Source: Schmidtea polychroa
Taxonomy: Eukaryota
Length of the DNA stretch: 64,000 nucleotides
Reading direction: 5' to 3'
NCBI GenBank assembly: GCA_044892525.1
Contig: CM097885.1
Location: 18,354,001 to 18,418,000, forward strand
Shown: positions 59,602 to 64,000 of the stretch, in pieces
How the letters are laid out: the number at the start of each line of letters is the position of its first letter
Position numbering within the stretch: position 1 is the first letter of the stretch
Program-made: the position numbers and the translations under genes
Notes under the pieces: model-generated
Databases searched by the model: none
Told to the model about the DNA's origin: nothing
What the model saw: the letters and a program-made list of their open reading frames with translations, nothing else

Positions 59602-61356
59602 GTACCTGCTGGCACAGACCTCCCTCCTGCCGAGGGAAAAATTATTTAGCTAAAACATTGTTTGGTTAATATGTTTAAGTAGTTCAACTAGTATTTTTAT
59701 GTAGGTCACGGAATTTTATGTTTTCCCTTGAAATTTTTATGTTTTTCATGTCAAAATTACTCAAATTTTAAATAGGTCAAGTTATATTTAAAAAAATATT
59801 ACCCGCAGGCACAGTATATAAAATAAGTAGGTCACACATATATATACAGTATATACACTAAAACCTCGACTTGCGTCGTTAATTGGGCCCCAAGAAAGAC
59901 GACGCAAATCGAAATTAATTTTTCCACCTAAAAATGTATTTTGTTAATTAGTATTAATTCAAAAGATTCCTTGGATTAAAACTTATTTTTATTTCAATCA
60001 TTATGTATATATGTAATACATAAACCAACATTAAATATAATACATAAATTTATTAAAATATTAAATAAAATATAAAATATAAATTCATTAAATAACAAAT
60101 AAAATAACATAAAAATTCATTAAATAAACAAAATATAAAATTCATTGCACAGAAAAAGTTTGTAACTTTCTTTTTTAATTCTAATTCGATGAACTTGACG
60201 ATTCTAAATCGATTACCGTTTCTGTAGGCTGGTTCTGGTTTGTTTCTCGTAACGTTACAGTTAAAAACTTCTGAATTTGTGCAGCTTTTTTATCCAGATA
60301 AATTTCTTTATAGCAATTGATAGCGTTATCAATAGTTCGCGTAACCGTTAAGCACCGAATTTCGCCAGGTTCATCATTGACAAAAATGTTCATTGCCTGT
60401 GAAAAACTTACTTAAACTATAATTATTTTTATTTTCATGCGGTAAATCTCATTTATTTTACATTGAAAATTTATTTAATATGGGAAATTTAAGCAACGCA
60501 AATCGAAATTTTAACGAGGCAACTCTGAAATAACAAAATCTTAAAAACAACGCAACCTCGAAAACGACGCAAATCGAGGTTTTAGTGTAGTTTTATTAAT
60601 AATAAATAAGTAGGTCACAGACACACACTCGTAAAAAACAACCCCCACTGGCACTATATATATATATATAAAATTTTCCTTAGATGTTGGAATAATGTTT
60701 AATTCCCAAGATTGAAGTCATTGAGACCATATTTTAAAATGAGATGCATGTCATACCAATTTAAATTATGAAAGACGACGGGTTGTAGTTTGAGAATTCT
60801 GTGAGAGTCATTACATTTATTACAGGCTGTACCAAGATATATACCTGAGAAATGATCATGATTTCTAACGGGTTTTAGGATACGCTTTTTACATAATTAA
60901 GAAGTTTGACATGATAAAAATGCTCGCTCCTCAGCAAAAGACAGAGTCGACATAGGTTTCTTGCCCTCAAGTTCATAATACGGTAGAGCACTTGTGACAG
61001 TATTTGCCACGACGTTTTGCAAAAATTCAAAGATACAGTCATCCTACGAAATTAAAATATGATTTTGAATTATGTATTTATTTATGTATATATAAACCAT
61101 TTTGGTGGATCTTTGTTTGACAATGAGCAAACGAGAATGTGTTTCTTTGACCTACTTATTTCATATACTGTGCCCGTGGGGACCACGTTCTAAAGATGAC
61201 TTGACCTATTTAAAATTTGAGTAATTATGACGTAAAATAGATAAAAATTCCGTGACATACATAAAAATACTAATTGACCCACTTAAAAATATGAAGCAAA
61301 ATTTTTTAGGTTTAATAATTTTTCCTCAGCAGGCGGGGATCTGCGCCAGCGTGCAC
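59602..61356. mobile_element. Element with ~230-bp imperfect inverted repeats
   Basis: 59602-59835 is the approximate reverse complement of 61148-61356; no clear TSD. Confidence 0.65.
59856..60587 (-). mobile_element. pogo/Tigger deletion derivative nested in the above
   Basis: TIR CACTAAAACCTCGACTTGCGTCGTT / AACGACGCAAATCGAGGTTTTAGTG with TA flanks; Tigger-like C-terminal peptide CYKEIYLDKKAAQIQ. Confidence 0.85.
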
Positions 61357-63418
61357 TCACCATTACTATAGTGAAAGCAAACCATCCCCCTTGTAAATGA
61401 ATTAATAAATAATGAACAATTACATAGAAACTGAAATAAAAAAGTTAAAAACAAATCGACTGGAACCTAATCAAAGAAAGATATTGAAGTATAAATATAT
61501 TGGTCAGTCTCAATAAAATCAAACAAACAGACATTTGCAGATTTAGAAGAATTATGTAAATGTGAATCAACGTTCAAATATACTTTCAATTGTTCAAAAT
61601 TGTTTAAAATCCATTTCAATTCAATTTCGATACGATACCTGGAAATATAAATTATAATATATAATATAATAATATATAATGAATAATATATATATCAAAT
61701 ATATAATATATTCTAATAATAGAATAATTCTCATTGGAATCGTAGAACTATTGATTGGAATGGCTGTTAGTGATAATTGATTGATTAAATGATGAGCAGA
61801 GCTATTGATGGTATCGGTATGATGATGATGATGATGATGAGTGAGCACTTGTTAGCACCGCTCCACCACCAATCCATTAAGGTTACACGAATTTATTTAC
61901 CGTACTTCATTCATATATATTTGCAAATTTCAACTTTATTTTCAAAAAAAACATTTTATTTTGAAATTTAAAATAATTAATAAAATTATTAATTTTCACT
62001 ATTTTATTCAGTAAAATCAATAAAATATTTAGTTTTTATTTATTCATTTTATTTATTCATTTTATTTATTCATTCGTTACGAAAAAGTATTGAATTCAAT
62101 TTGGACTTTTTCATGTCACTTATTTTGAAATAACTTTTTTGTATCGAATTGGCTCTAGTTTTTCAGATAATAGGTGCCTATCGTTTGTATTACATGATTA
62201 TAATAATAATTATATATAAATCATTATATATAAATATAATTAAATTTATGCGAATTCTGTGTCATTCATTGGAAAACTATAAATAATAGCAGTTAATGTA
62301 ATATTCTTTATAAATTACATTGCATAGCATATTATATATTTTATAGAATACAATACATTCCCTTAGGATGGTTTAAAAAACTAATTATAATTTATTAGAT
62401 TTAATTAGTTATATGTTTATTTTGTGGTAATTCAAATAGAGTTAATGAACCGATTTCACAAATTTCCACATTTTGCAGATAAAGACATAATTATCTCAAA
62501 ATATAAAGCCAATCAAGCATAACGACTGCCAGATTCGCATTTGTCGTATTGAAATTACCCAAAATTAACTTTAAGATCAGCGACAATAAAAATTGTTTTG
62601 ACTAATGTTATCAATAAATTTTTTTAATTAAATGTTCGAAAGCTTAATAAATATGCAATAAGAATTAAAGTTATAAATGATACATTAATACCACATGATC
62701 ATATTATCTATTAAAATAAATAATGTGTATCGATGTGTTAATATTTGTTTATTTGTTTATATGTATCAACACAAGAGACTGGATCATTATGATTAACCTA
62801 GGATGATTTGTTATGTCAATTCACAATTACAATAACATATTTATTTCAGTTATTTATTCATTCTTTTATAATTAATTCAAGCATGTTGGTTCTAATGGCA
62901 ACGTTTGATTTCATATATATTTATTACGTCTCAAAGCATATTTTAACACTAAATTTACGGGTAAAAATACCCGTAAAAATAAGTATACCTTATTCGATAT
63001 GCGAAATGAAGGACTCAGTAGAGGAGAGTAATTAATATTTACCTATATTTCATGACGTATCTAAAAACTAAAATATGGAATTTTTTTTTAAATGAGTCAA
63101 ATTGGCTCAGTCCGCAAATCTAGTGCTAATAAGCAAGCTCAACAAGTAGAAATGGGCCTTATTAATATTTTTAAAATTCTTATTTTTATTCATAGCTTAA
63201 TTTGATTTTTTCACGATTAATTAAAACAAATATTTGAATATAATTTGGAGAATTCAATAACATATTTTCACATTCTGAACGATGTCAACATACTGCAGTA
63301 TAAAATATATGATCCAAATATAATCCAAATTGAAATTTCGGAAATCAATAATATTCAAGTTGCAATCGATATTTTTGGAAATTGCTGATGCCATAAATGC
63401 TGATGATTTTATTAATGA

Positions 63419-63737
63419 CTAACTGGGATACCCGGCGTTGTCCGGGAAATATAAGTTGTGTTGTAAAATTGTTTTCTTTCAGTAAAAACACTAATTGCAC
63501 CAATGAATATAACCACAAAATAAATAAGAAGAAGTTGAAGAGTTCAACAAAAAATCTTACCACTATGCTGTTTACTAATACTTTGTAAATCTGTAAATAA
63601 GGTATTCCACGCGGTCAAAATTTAGCCTATAATCTTGGCTTGGGTAAAAAAGGAAGATGTTCAAAATTTGATTGGGATATCTTCAGAAATTTGAATTTGT
63701 ATAGCGAACATAGAGACAGATTATATATTATATTAGA
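63419..63737 (-). mobile_element. Non-autonomous Helitron
   Basis: Minus strand starts A|TCTAATATAATATATAA and ends with hairpin CCCGG-acaacg-CCGGG, then TATCCCAGTTAG|T (CTAG variant); A|T target site. Confidence 0.75.
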
Positions 63738-64000
63738 TATATTATTCCTGGAAATTAAATGATCCTTTCCATCTCTGATAATTTAGAAAGAAAATAAATT
63801 GCGAAAGAAGTTCAAAATCGTAGTGATAGATTTGGTAATCAGATTTGTGATACTAAATCAGACAATGAAGATATTGAAGAAGTAGAAAGTGAATTAATAT
63901 TATATTGTTAGGAAACAAAAGGTTTTATAACGCAAATACCGAGCCAAATATTCTCATCGCAATATCTGCGTTAGAGGTTTCTAGAATAATATTTAGAAAA

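Noticed and set aside
61621..61971. Poly-His / poly-Met ORFs
   Set aside because: A short (GAT)n microsatellite with no other coding evidence.

Overview
AT-rich eukaryotic genomic DNA, probably an invertebrate. The ~45-nt introns and (AAT)n/(AT)n microsatellites fit a flatworm such as a planarian, but that is inference only. I can reconstruct three intact, intron-containing host genes, all on the minus strand: two divergent paralogous ETS-domain genes (10091-11550, 31425-33110) and a divergent TFIIB-like gene (24482-26238). The rest is mostly mobile DNA. It includes (i) a rearranged, partly triplicated endogenous fragment of a phenuivirus/bunyavirus-like L polymerase, flanked by a 77-bp direct repeat and joined to 53 bp copied from the neighbouring TFIIB gene; (ii) a decayed Maverick/Polinton (adintovirus-like) element with pPolB, ATPase, integrase, penton, hexon and adenain remnants, which also carries a TBP-like gene and very short spliceosomal introns; (iii) a decayed Helitron facing a convergent ORF that resembles its own N-terminus; (iv) two hAT (SPIN/Buster-type) transposons, one with an intact transposase; and (v) Tc1/mariner, piggyBac, Gypsy and MITE remnants plus an HSP70 pseudogene fragment. 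All family assignments are by motif recognition. No database searches were run.
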